Part shown: positions 37,880-47,326 of the stretch, piece after piece
How positions within the stretch are numbered: the first letter of the stretch is position 1
Layout of the letters: the number at the start of each line of letters is the position of its first letter
Assembly: GCA_947627475.1 (NCBI GenBank)
Contig: CANQWE010000005.1
Span: forward strand, 1-59,621
Source of the DNA: an uncultured Clostridia bacterium
Lineage (GTDB): Bacteria; Bacillota; Clostridia; Oscillospirales; CAG-272
Direction of reading: 5' to 3'
DNA: 59,621 bases
Notes under the pieces: model-generated
The model's input: the letters and a program-made list of their open reading frames with translations, nothing else
The model's database searches: none
Told to the model about the DNA's origin: nothing
Program-made: the position numbers and the translations under genes

Positions 37880-37987
37880 TGGTAATTATTACCAATTTAA
37901 TTCCGGCAAATTTGTTCATCTTTTTACATGGTAAATACTTGCAATAATTACCAAATTGTGGTAAAATTCAATTACCATAAATTACCA
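37880..37987. promoter_or_regulatory. ATTACCA / TGGTAAT repeat array in the spo0A upstream region (candidate operator cluster)
   Basis: TGGTAATtATTACCA perfect palindrome at 37880..37894. TGGTAAA at 37929. ATTACCAaattgTGGTAA at 37947..37964. Direct ATTACCA at 37971 and 37981, 10 bp apart and just before the RBS. Confidence 0.5.
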
Positions 37988-38005
37988 CATACGGAGAAAA
38001 TAACC

Positions 38006-38782
38006 ATGGACAAAATGAAAGTTTTAGTTGCAGATGAAAACACTGAGAGCAGAAGAATGTGCAAAGAGGCACTGATGCGTGCCGGGATCCGTTTTGTTGA
38101 TGAAGCCTCTAACGGAGAAGAAGCGCTGACCTACATTAACCGCAACCATCCTGACGTTGTCATCGCTGACGTATGGCTGTCCCGCCTGGACGGGATCGGA
38201 TTGATCCGACAGACAATGTCCCTTCATTTCGGCCAGGATAAAGCTCCGGCATTTATTATAGCGTCCTTTGTTACCAACCAGAACATCTTTGTAGAAGCGG
38301 CAAAGGCCGGCGCAGCCCTTTGCCTGCCCAAGCCCCTGGACTATACAAGCCTGTCCGAACATGTGATGTCCATTTACCGAGGCAGAGCGGACGGCTCTAT
38401 TTCAGTAGGGGCCATCAGCACCACGCCTCCGGACATTGAAGCCCAAGTGACAAAAATCATTCATCAAATCGGCGTGCCCGCTCATATTAAGGGTTACCAG
38501 TACCTGCGCACTGCCATTCTTCTTACAATCAGTGACAGCGATATTATTAATTCTGTAACAAAAGTGCTCTACCCCTCCGTTGCGAAGAAATACTCCACCA
38601 CAACTTCCAGAGTAGAGCGTGCGATCCGCCACGCCATTGAAGTGGCGTGGGATAGAGGAGATATCGACACACTTAATTCCTATTTCGGCTACACCATTCA
38701 AAATAACCGAGGCAAACCCACAAACAGCGAATTTATCGCCATGATCGCCGACAATCTCCGTTTAAAATACAAAATTCACTAA
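38006..38782 (+). CDS. spo0A: Sporulation master regulator Spo0A
   Basis: ATG 38006 follows GGAG. Receiver domain (KVLVADEN...[13 protein letters not shown]) and the diagnostic Spo0A C-terminal domain ([19 protein letters not shown]...[18 protein letters not shown]...[13 protein letters not shown]). Confidence 0.97.
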   Translation: MDKMKVLVADENTESRRMCKEALMRAGIRFVDEASNGEEALTYINRNHPDVVIADVWLSRLDGIGLIRQTMSLHFGQDKAPAFIIASFVTNQNIFVEAAKAGAALCLPKPLDYTSLSEHVMSIYRGRADGSISVGAISTTPPDIEAQVTKIIHQIGVPAHIKGYQYLRTAILLTISDSDIINSVTKVLYPSVAKKYSTTTSRVERAIRHAIEVAWDRGDIDTLNSYFGYTIQNNRGKPTNSEFIAMIADNLRLKYKIH

Positions 38783-39660
38783 TCCTGCACAAGCCACAGA
38801 TCCTCTCCGTCCGTCGCAAAGATGATGCTTCCCATTTCATCGGTGCGCAGTACGGGGATTCCAAGCTCTCTGGTCCGATCCAGTGTTTGTTGATGCGGGT
38901 GTCCATAGGGATTGTTTCGTCCGCAGGAAGCAATACTCCAACGAGGGCTGACTGCGGCGAGAAATTCGGGCGTCGAGGATGTATGGGATCCATGATGTCC
39001 GAGTTTTAATATGTCCGCGTCCAGTTCCCCAGCGGTATATGTCTCCAGCATCAATCCCTCGGATCGGCTCTCAGCGTCTCCTGTCAGGATCAATGAAACA
39101 TCCCCATATTCCACTCGGGTCACAACGCTATATTCATTAAAATCGCCAAAATCCGCGAGAGGCGCCAAAATCTGCAGAACAATTCCGTCGGCATCATATG
39201 TATTGCCGACCTGCGCTTCAATGACGCGAACACCGCTGTCCTCAATGACACCGATCAGGCGGGAAAAGGTCACCACATCATTGGAAGCGTCTGTCATGAT
39301 CACATTTTCCACCTGCAAGTTGTTGATTACCTTTACAGCTCCTCCGATATGATCCTCATGGGGATGAGTCAAAATCATATAATCTATCGAATCCGTATAC
39401 CCACGAATATACCGAACCGTCTCTTCTGCCGCGTCTGTAGGACCTGCGTCAACCAGCACCGACGCGTCATCGGTAAGAATCAGCGTGCTATCCCCCTGCC
39501 CCACATCGATAAAATGAATCTCGCAGTCGGAGGCAAGCTGATGTACGTGGCCCCGGATCCAAACATCCCATACAAATATAACGGCAACAATGATAAAAAC
39601 AGCCGTCGCCAAAGGAGCGGCGGCCTTTTTTAATTTTTTGTTACCGAATTTGCGTTTCAT
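38779..39660 (-). CDS. MBL-fold hydrolase, ComEC/Rec2 C-terminal-domain-like, membrane anchored
   Basis: 293 aa. N-terminal [19 protein letters not shown] and GHHGS motifs. Confidence 0.75.
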   Translation of the reverse strand: MKRKFGNKKLKKAAAPLATAVFIIVAVIFVWDVWIRGHVHQLASDCEIHFIDVGQGDSTLILTDDASVLVDAGPTDAAEETVRYIRGYTDSIDYMILTHPHEDHIGGAVKVINNLQVENVIMTDASNDVVTFSRLIGVIEDSGVRVIEAQVGNTYDADGIVLQILAPLADFGDFNEYSVVTRVEYGDVSLILTGDAESRSEGLMLETYTAGELDADILKLGHHGSHTSSTPEFLAAVSPRWSIASCGRNNPYGHPHQQTLDRTRELGIPVLRTDEMGSIIFATDGEDLWLVQD

Positions 39661-40168
39661 AGATATCCAACTCCTTTTCCGCGGGCACTTCGTAAAGCAT
39701 CAGCGCATAAAGTATGCGGCATAACCACACTCCAGGAATACATAGAAAAAACCATACTATGGAATACACCAGCGAAATCTGTCCCAGCAGATGAAAACGC
39801 AATGCTGAATAGTCCCACACGTGCCAGCCAAGCAGCAAATTCACAATACTGCCGGCAGTAAATTCCAGCGCGGTAATCAACAGGCTTCCCTCCAGGCACA
39901 ATAGAAGCATCGGCTGTTTTCTTCCCTTTATCGTAATGATGAAAAGGCCGAGAAAGCAGGCGCCTCCTGTAACGCCCATCGTCCAGTGGGTATATCCCCG
40001 AAAAAGCGCTTCCAAAAAGCAATAATATAACCCGCCAAATATATATACAAGTCCATACGCCAGGAAGGGCAAAGGACGCTGTGCATACCGAACCGTCGAT
40101 ATCCCATCAAGGGTCTGCGGCTTTTTGGTAGATGCGTTCATTATATCATATTGTTTCCATTTTTTCAA
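39641..40168 (-). CDS. Small polytopic membrane protein (possibly the family annotated 'putative ABC transporter type IV')
   Basis: 175 aa with 4-5 TM segments. The WHVWDYS motif resembles that family. TTG start after AAGGGTGA. Confidence 0.4.
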   Translation of the reverse strand: MKKWKQYDIMNASTKKPQTLDGISTVRYAQRPLPFLAYGLVYIFGGLYYCFLEALFRGYTHWTMGVTGGACFLGLFIITIKGRKQPMLLLCLEGSLLITALEFTAGSIVNLLLGWHVWDYSALRFHLLGQISLVYSIVWFFLCIPGVWLCRILYALMLYEVPAEKELDIYETQIR

Positions 40169-40263
40169 ATATAATCACCCTTATATGGTTTTTCCATACA
40201 AGGGTGATCTATACCTGTTAAAATTTACGCGGCTGTCCCGCAGCTTATCTATTGTGCATCCTT

Positions 40264-41604
40264 TTACGAATCTTTTTCCGACTCAGTGTCTACAGTATAC
40301 AGCGCCTTCACTTCGTCCGCAATGCCGTTTATATTTCCGCTCAGCTCTTCATACCCGTAGAAAATACTGCCCTTGTAGGATGCCTTTTCCTTGGCATAGG
40401 CCACCTGCTCAGCCATGATTCCCTGCGGATCTTCCCAGTCCGAGTCATACCGATACGCCGCGTGACAAACCAGGAGACGCACATCCGTATCCTCTACCTG
40501 TTCTGCCCACCAATCGCATAGAACGTCATAGGGCGCGGCACTGTCTACCGTACGCCAGTAAATCTGGGGAGCAATATAGTCTACGTATCCCCCTTTGACC
40601 CATGCCAGCGTATCGCAATAAATATCTGAATAGGATTGGGCGCCTCTGGTCTCGCTTCCGCTTTCTCCGCCATACCCGTTTTTCCATACTCCAAAAGGCG
40701 CTACGCCAAACAAGCAATCCGCATCCGCCTCTTTTATCGTGTCGTAAACCAGGCGAATCATGCTGTTTACATTGTCCCGGCGCCAGTCACCCATGTCCTC
40801 ATAGCCTTCTCCATATTCAGAAAAGGTCTCCTCATCGGCAAAGGCCGCTATACTGGTTTCTCCATCCTCTCCCGTAACCGTTTTGGGATAGGGATAAAAA
40901 TAATCGTCAAATATGATTCCATCTACATCATAATTGTCCACAATTTCCTTTACGCCAGCGGCAATCAGTTCCCGCACCTGGGGAACACCGCAGTCGAAAT
41001 ACAGCTTTCCGTCGGCGTATTCCACCACCCACTCCGGATGCTGCACAGCAGGATGATCCTCTGGCAGCGTGTCTTTGCCAGACACCCCGCCGCCGGTCAC
41101 CCGGAGAGGATTGACCCAGGCATGGACAGATATTCCCGCCGCGTTTGCAGTTTCAATCATATACTCCAAAGCATCAAGAGTAAGCTCCCCGGACTGGGAT
41201 AAGTAGGCTGATACCGGAAAGATTTCAGAATCGTACAGAGCATCCGCACAGGGACGCACCTGAAAATATATGGTATTCAGGCCGAGTTCTGCCGTAGTTT
41301 CTACAATTGCATCAATTTCCTTTCGCAGTGCATCCGCATCCAAATCGGTTTTGCTGGGAAAATCGATATTGGTTACAGATGCGATCCAAACACCGGCAAT
41401 ATCCTCCTGCACCGCATCTTTTTCTTGCTCTTGTGTTTTATCTGATGTAAACAGAACAAGTACAATGGCCAGGGCAAAAACCAGGACAAAAGCGGCGCAT
41501 ATGGAAGTCACGACAATAAATGTTTTTCGATCCATTTTGCTCATGGTACCAAAATTCCTTTCTTTTGCTTTTTCCGAAAAGCCATAGAGCAGCTTCTGGA
41601 TCAT
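40264..41604 (-). CDS. Glycoside-hydrolase-like GHL10/YngK-family protein, membrane anchored
   Basis: 446 aa. N-terminal TM, VWIASVTNIDFPS...LNTIYFQVRPCADALYDSEIFP typical of GHL10. The start may be an internal ATG (41541). Confidence 0.7.
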   Translation of the reverse strand: MIQKLLYGFSEKAKERNFGTMSKMDRKTFIVVTSICAAFVLVFALAIVLVLFTSDKTQEQEKDAVQEDIAGVWIASVTNIDFPSKTDLDADALRKEIDAIVETTAELGLNTIYFQVRPCADALYDSEIFPVSAYLSQSGELTLDALEYMIETANAAGISVHAWVNPLRVTGGGVSGKDTLPEDHPAVQHPEWVVEYADGKLYFDCGVPQVRELIAAGVKEIVDNYDVDGIIFDDYFYPYPKTVTGEDGETSIAAFADEETFSEYGEGYEDMGDWRRDNVNSMIRLVYDTIKEADADCLFGVAPFGVWKNGYGGESGSETRGAQSYSDIYCDTLAWVKGGYVDYIAPQIYWRTVDSAAPYDVLCDWWAEQVEDTDVRLLVCHAAYRYDSDWEDPQGIMAEQVAYAKEKASYKGSIFYGYEELSGNINGIADEVKALYTVDTESEKDS

Positions 41605-41795
41605 TATACTTGTCCCATAAAAAAAATATGCCCGCTTGGTATGGAAAAAATAAAAACTGTTTTTATTCTACAAAAAATACCTGCTTTTGTCAATATAAGG
41701 CGGAACTGCTATTTTGCGCTTTGGCTAAGCTCCCCCAAGGGCACCCCTACATAGCTGTATAAGCGCAGGACGCAACAGCCTCCTTGTTTTGTCCA

Positions 41796-41843
41796 CAAAA
41801 AAGCTGACGCCTCTGCGAACCAGTTTTCGCAGAAGTCATCAGC
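41796..41843 (-). terminator. Rho-independent terminator after mscL
   Basis: The minus strand reads GCTGATGACTTCTGCGAAaactggTTCGCAGAGGCGTCAGC followed by TTTTTTGTGG. Confidence 0.8.
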
Positions 41844-41909
41844 CTTGCAGCGGTTTGAAATAGGGATCCCTGCTTGCCGGGAGAACTTCATTCTCGGATA
41901 ACTTTGCTT

Positions 41910-42326
41910 TTATTTTTTATCCACCGCTTCTTTTATAAGCTCCGACGTACAATGCGGACAGCGGGTCGCCTGAATGCTGATGGTACTCTGACAATACGGG
42001 CAAACTTTTGTCACAGGAGCTTCCGAAACATGTTTTTTGGCACCTAAGGAAGCCACTTTATTGACCGCTCGTAAAATGCAGAATAAAATAAAGGCCATTA
42101 TAATGAAGTTAACGACGGAACTTAAAAAATTGGAAGCAAACCCCCCCAGGTCCGCCCAGGAATACCGTTCGCCTGCCGTCAAAAACTTCAGAATTGGATT
42201 GATAAAGTTATCGGTCAAAGATGTAACGATCCCGGAAAAAGCACCGCCAATGAGCACACCAATGGCCATATCCATCACGTTGCCCCGCAAAGCAAATGTC
42301 TTAAATTCTTCCATAAATTTTTTCAT
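41910..42326 (-). CDS. mscL: Large-conductance mechanosensitive channel with C-terminal CxxC...CxxC tail
   Basis: 138 aa. FKTFALRGNVMDMAIGVLIGGAF is the MscL signature. The tail is CPYCQSTISIQATRCPHC. Confidence 0.9.
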   Translation of the reverse strand: MKKFMEEFKTFALRGNVMDMAIGVLIGGAFSGIVTSLTDNFINPILKFLTAGERYSWADLGGFASNFLSSVVNFIIMAFILFCILRAVNKVASLGAKKHVSEAPVTKVCPYCQSTISIQATRCPHCTSELIKEAVDKK

Positions 42327-42340
42327 ATGCGGTCTCCTTT

Positions 42341-42388
42341 AAAAAATTAGACACGTCATGGGAATTTCACCTAATATGACGTGTCTAA
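42341..42388 (-). terminator. Rho-independent terminator after the GGGtGRT gene
   Basis: The minus strand reads TTAGACACGTCATattaggtgaaattcccATGACGTGTCTAA followed by TTTTTT. Confidence 0.85.
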
Positions 42389-42429
42389 CGGATTTTTAAC
42401 AAAACAGAGGGTATACCTTAGAACTTGCC

Positions 42430-43428
42430 TTACTTGCTTGCTTCTTCAATTGCAACTGCCACAGCAACGGTCGCGCCGACCATGGGGTTGTTGCCCATGC
42501 CGATCAGGCCCATCATTTCCACATGCGCAGGAACGGAAGAAGAACCTGCAAACTGGGCGTCAGAATGCATACGGCCCATAGTATCCGTCATACCGTAACT
42601 TGCAGGACCTGCAGCCATGTTATCCGGATGCAGGGTACGGCCTGTGCCGCCCCCGGAAGCAACGGAGAAATAAGACTGACCGTTTTCCACACACCATTTC
42701 TTATAGGTGCCAGCCACAGGATGCTGGAAGCGGGTGGGGTTAGTGGAGTTACCAGTGATGGAAACGCCAACCTTTTCCAGCTTCATGATCGCAACGCCTT
42801 CCGGTACATTGTCCGCGCCGTAGCATTTTACATCCGCACGGGGGCCGTCAGAATAGGGAGTCTCGCTGATCACCCTCACCTGCTCGGTGTAAGGATCAAA
42901 TTCCGTCTTTACGTAAGTGAAGCCGTTGATTCTGGAAATGATGAAAGCAGCATCTTTGCCAAGGCCGTTCAAGATAACCCGTAGGGGCTTTTTACGTACT
43001 TTGTTAGCGTTCAGCGCGATTTTGATAGCGCCTTCTGCAGCGGCAAAGGACTCGTGACCAGCCAGGAAGCAGAAGCAATCGGTCTCTTCAGAAAGGAGCA
43101 TTGCTCCCAGATTGCCATGGCCCAGTCCCACTTTGCGGTTTTCCGCAACACTACCGGGAATGCAGAATGCCTGCAAGCCGATACCGATAGCAGCGGCAGC
43201 GTCGGAAGCCTTTGTACAGCCCTTTTTCAATGCGATTGCAGCCCCGACAGTATATGCCCACACTGCGTTTTCAAAGCAGATCGGCTGTGTTTCCCGCACG
43301 ATCTTGTCGCAGTCGATCCCCTTTGCCAGGGTGATTTCTTTGCATTCCTCAATAGAGGAAATACCATACTCGGCAAGAACAGGGGTGATTTTGTCGATTC
43401 TTCTTTCGTAACTTTCAAACAATGCCAT
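42430..43428 (-). CDS. GGGtGRT-family protein (conserved, function unknown)
   Basis: 332 aa with the literal motif SGGGTGRTLHPDN that names the family. AAGGAGGGGG RBS. Confidence 0.8.
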   Translation of the reverse strand: MALFESYERRIDKITPVLAEYGISSIEECKEITLAKGIDCDKIVRETQPICFENAVWAYTVGAAIALKKGCTKASDAAAAIGIGLQAFCIPGSVAENRKVGLGHGNLGAMLLSEETDCFCFLAGHESFAAAEGAIKIALNANKVRKKPLRVILNGLGKDAAFIISRINGFTYVKTEFDPYTEQVRVISETPYSDGPRADVKCYGADNVPEGVAIMKLEKVGVSITGNSTNPTRFQHPVAGTYKKWCVENGQSYFSVASGGGTGRTLHPDNMAAGPASYGMTDTMGRMHSDAQFAGSSSVPAHVEMMGLIGMGNNPMVGATVAVAVAIEEASK

Positions 43429-43442
43429 AGTCTTCCCCCTCC

Positions 43443-44141
43443 TTACTGCTTGCGCGGGTCAATATACTTGACCGCGTCAGCGAATCTGCCGTATGTACCA
43501 ATAGACTTTTCATAAGCCTCTGCAGGGCCGTCACCCTTTTTGATAAAGTCTGTCATCTTGCCCAGAGAAACGAACTCGTATCCGATAACCTGGTCATCCT
43601 TATCTAGTGCCATCCGGGTCACATATCCTTCTGCCATTTCCAAATAGCGCACGCCTTTGGCCTGGGTGCCGTACATGGTTCCCACCTGGGAACGGGCGCC
43701 TTTGCCCAGGTCCTCCAGTCCAGCCCCTACAGGCAGGCCGTTTTCGGAAAATGCAGACTGGGTACGGCCGTAAGCGATCTGCAGGAAAAGCTCCCGCATA
43801 GCGGTGTTGATGGCATCACATACAAGGTCAGTATTGAGTGCCTCCAGCAGCGTTTTTCCCGGAAGGATCTCCGCAGCCATTGCTGCAGAGTGGGTCATAC
43901 CGGAGCAGCCGATGGTCTCCACCAAAGCTTCCTCAATTATGCCGTCCTTTACGTTCAGCGTCAGCTTGCAGGCGCCCTGCTGGGGTGCACACCAGCCCAC
44001 ACCGTGGGTGAGGCCGGAGATGTCTGTGATTTGTTTTGTTTGTACCCATTTCCCCTCTTCAGGCAAGGGAGAAGGACCGTGGTTCGGTCCCTGGGCAACG
44101 CAGCACATGTTAGAAACTTCTTCAGAATATGCGATGCTCAT
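43443..44141 (-). CDS. NifU/IscU-like Fe-S scaffold N-terminal domain fused to an uncharacterised C-terminal domain
   Basis: ATG 44141 follows AAGGAG. GVGWCAPQQGACKLTLNVKDGIIEEALVETIGCSGMTHSAAMAAEILPGKTLLEAL resembles the IscU/NifU-N Cys pattern. The stop is 14 nt before the GGGtGRT start. Confidence 0.65.
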   Translation of the reverse strand: MSIAYSEEVSNMCCVAQGPNHGPSPLPEEGKWVQTKQITDISGLTHGVGWCAPQQGACKLTLNVKDGIIEEALVETIGCSGMTHSAAMAAEILPGKTLLEALNTDLVCDAINTAMRELFLQIAYGRTQSAFSENGLPVGAGLEDLGKGARSQVGTMYGTQAKGVRYLEMAEGYVTRMALDKDDQVIGYEFVSLGKMTDFIKKGDGPAEAYEKSIGTYGRFADAVKYIDPRKQ

Positions 44142-44263
44142 AGATTTATCTCCTTTAAGTTTATTTTTCAACAAATATCATTATAAATCTTTTTCTTTTG
44201 TTTTTCAAGTAAGAGAAGCAGAAATTTTTCGTAACCGGCGCCGTTTTTTCTTGTGCATCCTGA

Positions 44264-45235
44264 TCAGTCCTGCAAAATCTCCCGTACCTGGGCCAGGGTG
44301 CATGCCCGATTCAGTCCTTCCCGCATCCGTGCAGACCCACGCATTCCCCGGATAAAATGGGCGGCTCTTCCCCTGGATTCCCGCACGCCTGCTTCTTCTC
44401 CCTTGTCCTGTACAATGGCGGCCACCAGGTCCATTGCTGTTCGGCGAATCTCGTCCTCTGTGGGAGGAATATATGTCTGGCCGGCAAAAACCGCCCCAAC
44501 AGCAGCAAATATCCACGGATTGCCCAGTGCCTCTCTGCCGATCATGATTCCACTGCAGCCGGTCTCCTCCACCATAGCCAAAGCGTCTGCCACGCTGCGT
44601 ATATCCCCGTTTCCGATGACAGGAACATTTGCCGGCAGCGCTTGGCGAACGGAGCGAATCACACCGTTGTCAGAAGAAGGCGCGTACATTTGATTTCTGG
44701 TCCGCCCGTGAACGGCAATCTGGGCGGCGCCGTTTTCCACACAGGCTGCAGCCACCTCTACTGCATTGACATGCTCCTTATCCCATCCTGCCCGGATTTT
44801 TACTGTTACCGGAATCCGTACAGTCCGAACTACGGCAGCAACGACCTGCCCGCACAAAGCAGGATTTTGCATCAGCGCGCTGCCATCCCCAGAGGCAACG
44901 ATCTTGCGCACCGGGCAGCCCATATTGATATCAATAGCCACCGGAGGATGGGCATAGGACACGCCCGCATAGTCTCCCGATGCAAGCATGGCCGCCGCTT
45001 CACCCATCACAGCCGGATCATGTCCGAACAATTGAATGGCGCAGTGGTCATCCCCTTCCGGAATCTTTGCAAGAGTCGCCGTCTTCCGGTCTTTGTATAC
45101 CATTGCCTGGGCGGACACCATCTCCGTCACGGTTCGGTCCGCGCCAAGTCTGCGGCAAAGCAGCCGGAAGGGCGCGTCTGTAAATCCGGCCATGGGGGCC
45201 AATATGAGGGGCAGGGGTTCCATATTATTCATCAT
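44264..45235 (-). CDS. dusB: tRNA-dihydrouridine synthase
   Basis: [19 protein letters not shown]..., DINMGCP and KIRAGWD motifs. The start is one of ATG 45235/45232/45223, next to the lepA stop. The track start 45376 is too long. Confidence 0.9.
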   Translation of the reverse strand: MMNNMEPLPLILAPMAGFTDAPFRLLCRRLGADRTVTEMVSAQAMVYKDRKTATLAKIPEGDDHCAIQLFGHDPAVMGEAAAMLASGDYAGVSYAHPPVAIDINMGCPVRKIVASGDGSALMQNPALCGQVVAAVVRTVRIPVTVKIRAGWDKEHVNAVEVAAACVENGAAQIAVHGRTRNQMYAPSSDNGVIRSVRQALPANVPVIGNGDIRSVADALAMVEETGCSGIMIGREALGNPWIFAAVGAVFAGQTYIPPTEDEIRRTAMDLVAAIVQDKGEEAGVRESRGRAAHFIRGMRGSARMREGLNRACTLAQVREILQD

Positions 45236-47045
45236 CCAGCTTGAGCACCGCCATAAACGCTTCGGGAGACACCTGCACACTGCCAAGCTGGCGCATTTTC
45301 TTTTTGCCTTCCTTCTGCTTTTCGAGAAGCTTCTTCTTTCTGGTGATGTCCCCTCCGTAGCACTTCGCCAGCACATCCTTGCGCATGGCCTTCACCGTCT
45401 CTCTTGCGATGATTTTCGATCCAATGGCTGCCTGAATGGGAATCTCAAACAACTGTCTTGGAATATTATCCTTCAGCTTTTCTGCAATTTTTCTGGCCCT
45501 TGCATAGGCTTTATCCTTGTGTACAATAAACGTAAGGGCGTCTACAACATCGCCGTTGAGCAGAATATCCAGTTTCACCAGTTCGCTGGGTTCATATCCC
45601 TTAACCTCATAGTCCAGTGACGCATATCCCTTGCTCCGGGACTTGAGCGCGTCGAAGAAATCGTAAATAATTTCATTGAGCGGCAGGGTATAATGCAGTT
45701 CCACCCGCTGGGTATCCAGATATTTCATATCCAGATATACTCCTCTTCGATCCTGGCACAGATCCATGATCCCCCCTACGTACTCTGTAGGCGTAATAAT
45801 ACTGGCGGATACTACCGGCTCCGCCGCCGCTTCAATTTCCTCGGCGGCCGGGAAGTTGCTTGGGTTGTCGATACGCAGGGTGGTGCCGTCCCGCTTGGTG
45901 ATTTCATAAATAACACTGGGCGCCGTGGTGATCAGATCCAAGTTGAATTCCCGCTCCAGCCGTTCTTCGATGATCTCCATATGGAGCAGTCCCAAAAAGC
46001 CGCACCGGAACCCAAACCCAAGGGCCGCTGACGTCTCCGGTTCAAAGGTGAGGGCCGCATCGTTGAGACGCAGCTTTTCCAGGGCATCCTTTGTCTCGTT
46101 ATATTTGGCGCCGTCCGCAGGATAAATGCCCGCGTATACCATTGGCTGCACGCTTTTAAATCCAGGCAGCGCCGCGCTGCAAGGACGGTCCGCATGGGTG
46201 ATGGTGTCCCCCACCTGGGTATCGGACACGGTTTTGATAGAGGCAGTGATGTATCCTACGTCCCCCGCCTGAAGACAGTCCAGCTTGCGCATACCGAAAG
46301 CCTCCAAAGCGCCCACCTCGGTTACCTCAAACTGAGCACCGGTGCTCATCAGGCGGATTTTGTCTCCGGGTCGGACAGTGCCGTCCATCACGCGGATATA
46401 CACCACAACCCCCAAATAGGCATTGTATGCCGAATCGAAAATCAGGCACCGCAGGGGAGCGGTTTCATCTCCGTCCGGACAGGGGATCTGGGAGATAATT
46501 GCGTCCATCACATCCTGGATATTGAGCCCTGTTTTTGCGGACACGGCAGGGCATCCCTCGGCGGGAATCCCAATCACATCCTCGATCTCCTCCCTGCATT
46601 TTTCCGGCATAGCAGAGGCCAGGTCGATTTTATTGATCACCGGCACAATCTCCAAATCTGCATCTACAGCAAGATACGCATTGGCCAGGGTCTGGGCTTC
46701 GATCCCCTGGGTGGCGTCCACCACCAAAAGCGCCCCCTCGCAGGCGTTCAGCGACCGGGACACCTCATAGTTGAAGTCCACATGTCCGGGGGTATCGATC
46801 AAATTCAAAGAATAGGTCTCCCCAGAACGATCTTTATAATTGATACGGACTGCCCGGGCCTTGATGGTGATACCCCGCTCCCGTTCCAGGTCCATATCGT
46901 CCAGCAGCTGCGCCTCCATCTCCCGGGCCGTGACGGTGTTGGAAAATTCCAGAATCCGATCGGCCAGGGTGGACTTGCCGTGATCGATGTGGGCGATTAT
47001 GGAAAAATTGCGGATGTGCTTCTGCCGCTCTGAAAGTTCTGCCAT
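45225..47045 (-). CDS. lepA: Elongation factor 4
   Basis: [21 protein letters not shown]1 motif and LepA C-terminal domain. ATG 47045 follows GGAG. Confidence 0.97.
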   Translation of the reverse strand: MAELSERQKHIRNFSIIAHIDHGKSTLADRILEFSNTVTAREMEAQLLDDMDLERERGITIKARAVRINYKDRSGETYSLNLIDTPGHVDFNYEVSRSLNACEGALLVVDATQGIEAQTLANAYLAVDADLEIVPVINKIDLASAMPEKCREEIEDVIGIPAEGCPAVSAKTGLNIQDVMDAIISQIPCPDGDETAPLRCLIFDSAYNAYLGVVVYIRVMDGTVRPGDKIRLMSTGAQFEVTEVGALEAFGMRKLDCLQAGDVGYITASIKTVSDTQVGDTITHADRPCSAALPGFKSVQPMVYAGIYPADGAKYNETKDALEKLRLNDAALTFEPETSAALGFGFRCGFLGLLHMEIIEERLEREFNLDLITTAPSVIYEITKRDGTTLRIDNPSNFPAAEEIEAAAEPVVSASIITPTEYVGGIMDLCQDRRGVYLDMKYLDTQRVELHYTLPLNEIIYDFFDALKSRSKGYASLDYEVKGYEPSELVKLDILLNGDVVDALTFIVHKDKAYARARKIAEKLKDNIPRQLFEIPIQAAIGSKIIARETVKAMRKDVLAKCYGGDITRKKKLLEKQKEGKKKMRQLGSVQVSPEAFMAVLKLDDE

Positions 47046-47244
47046 ATATTGCTCCAATGCGCCGGGGCGCCCCTTTCTAAAAGGAATACATACTTTTTCA
47101 TGTTATAGTATATCATGTTTTTCATATGAAAGCAATTCTTTACAAAAAATTCGGAAGGCAAAAAAGTCGCCCCTGCCAAAGGCAAAAGATGCAGAGAGAC
47201 AGGTAGATGATTTTTCCATCAACCATTTTCGAGGACAGCCTCTA

Positions 47245-47291
47245 AAATAACAAAAACTCCTTGGGATTCTTTACAAAGAATCCCAAGGAGT
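47245..47291 (-). terminator. Rho-independent terminator after the M23 peptidase gene
   Basis: The minus strand reads ACTCCTTGGGATTCTTTgtAAAGAATCCCAAGGAGT followed by TTTTTGTTATTTT. Confidence 0.85.
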
Positions 47292-47326
47292 CTCTTCGTC
47301 CGAAAGAAACACAAATCTGCTGACAG

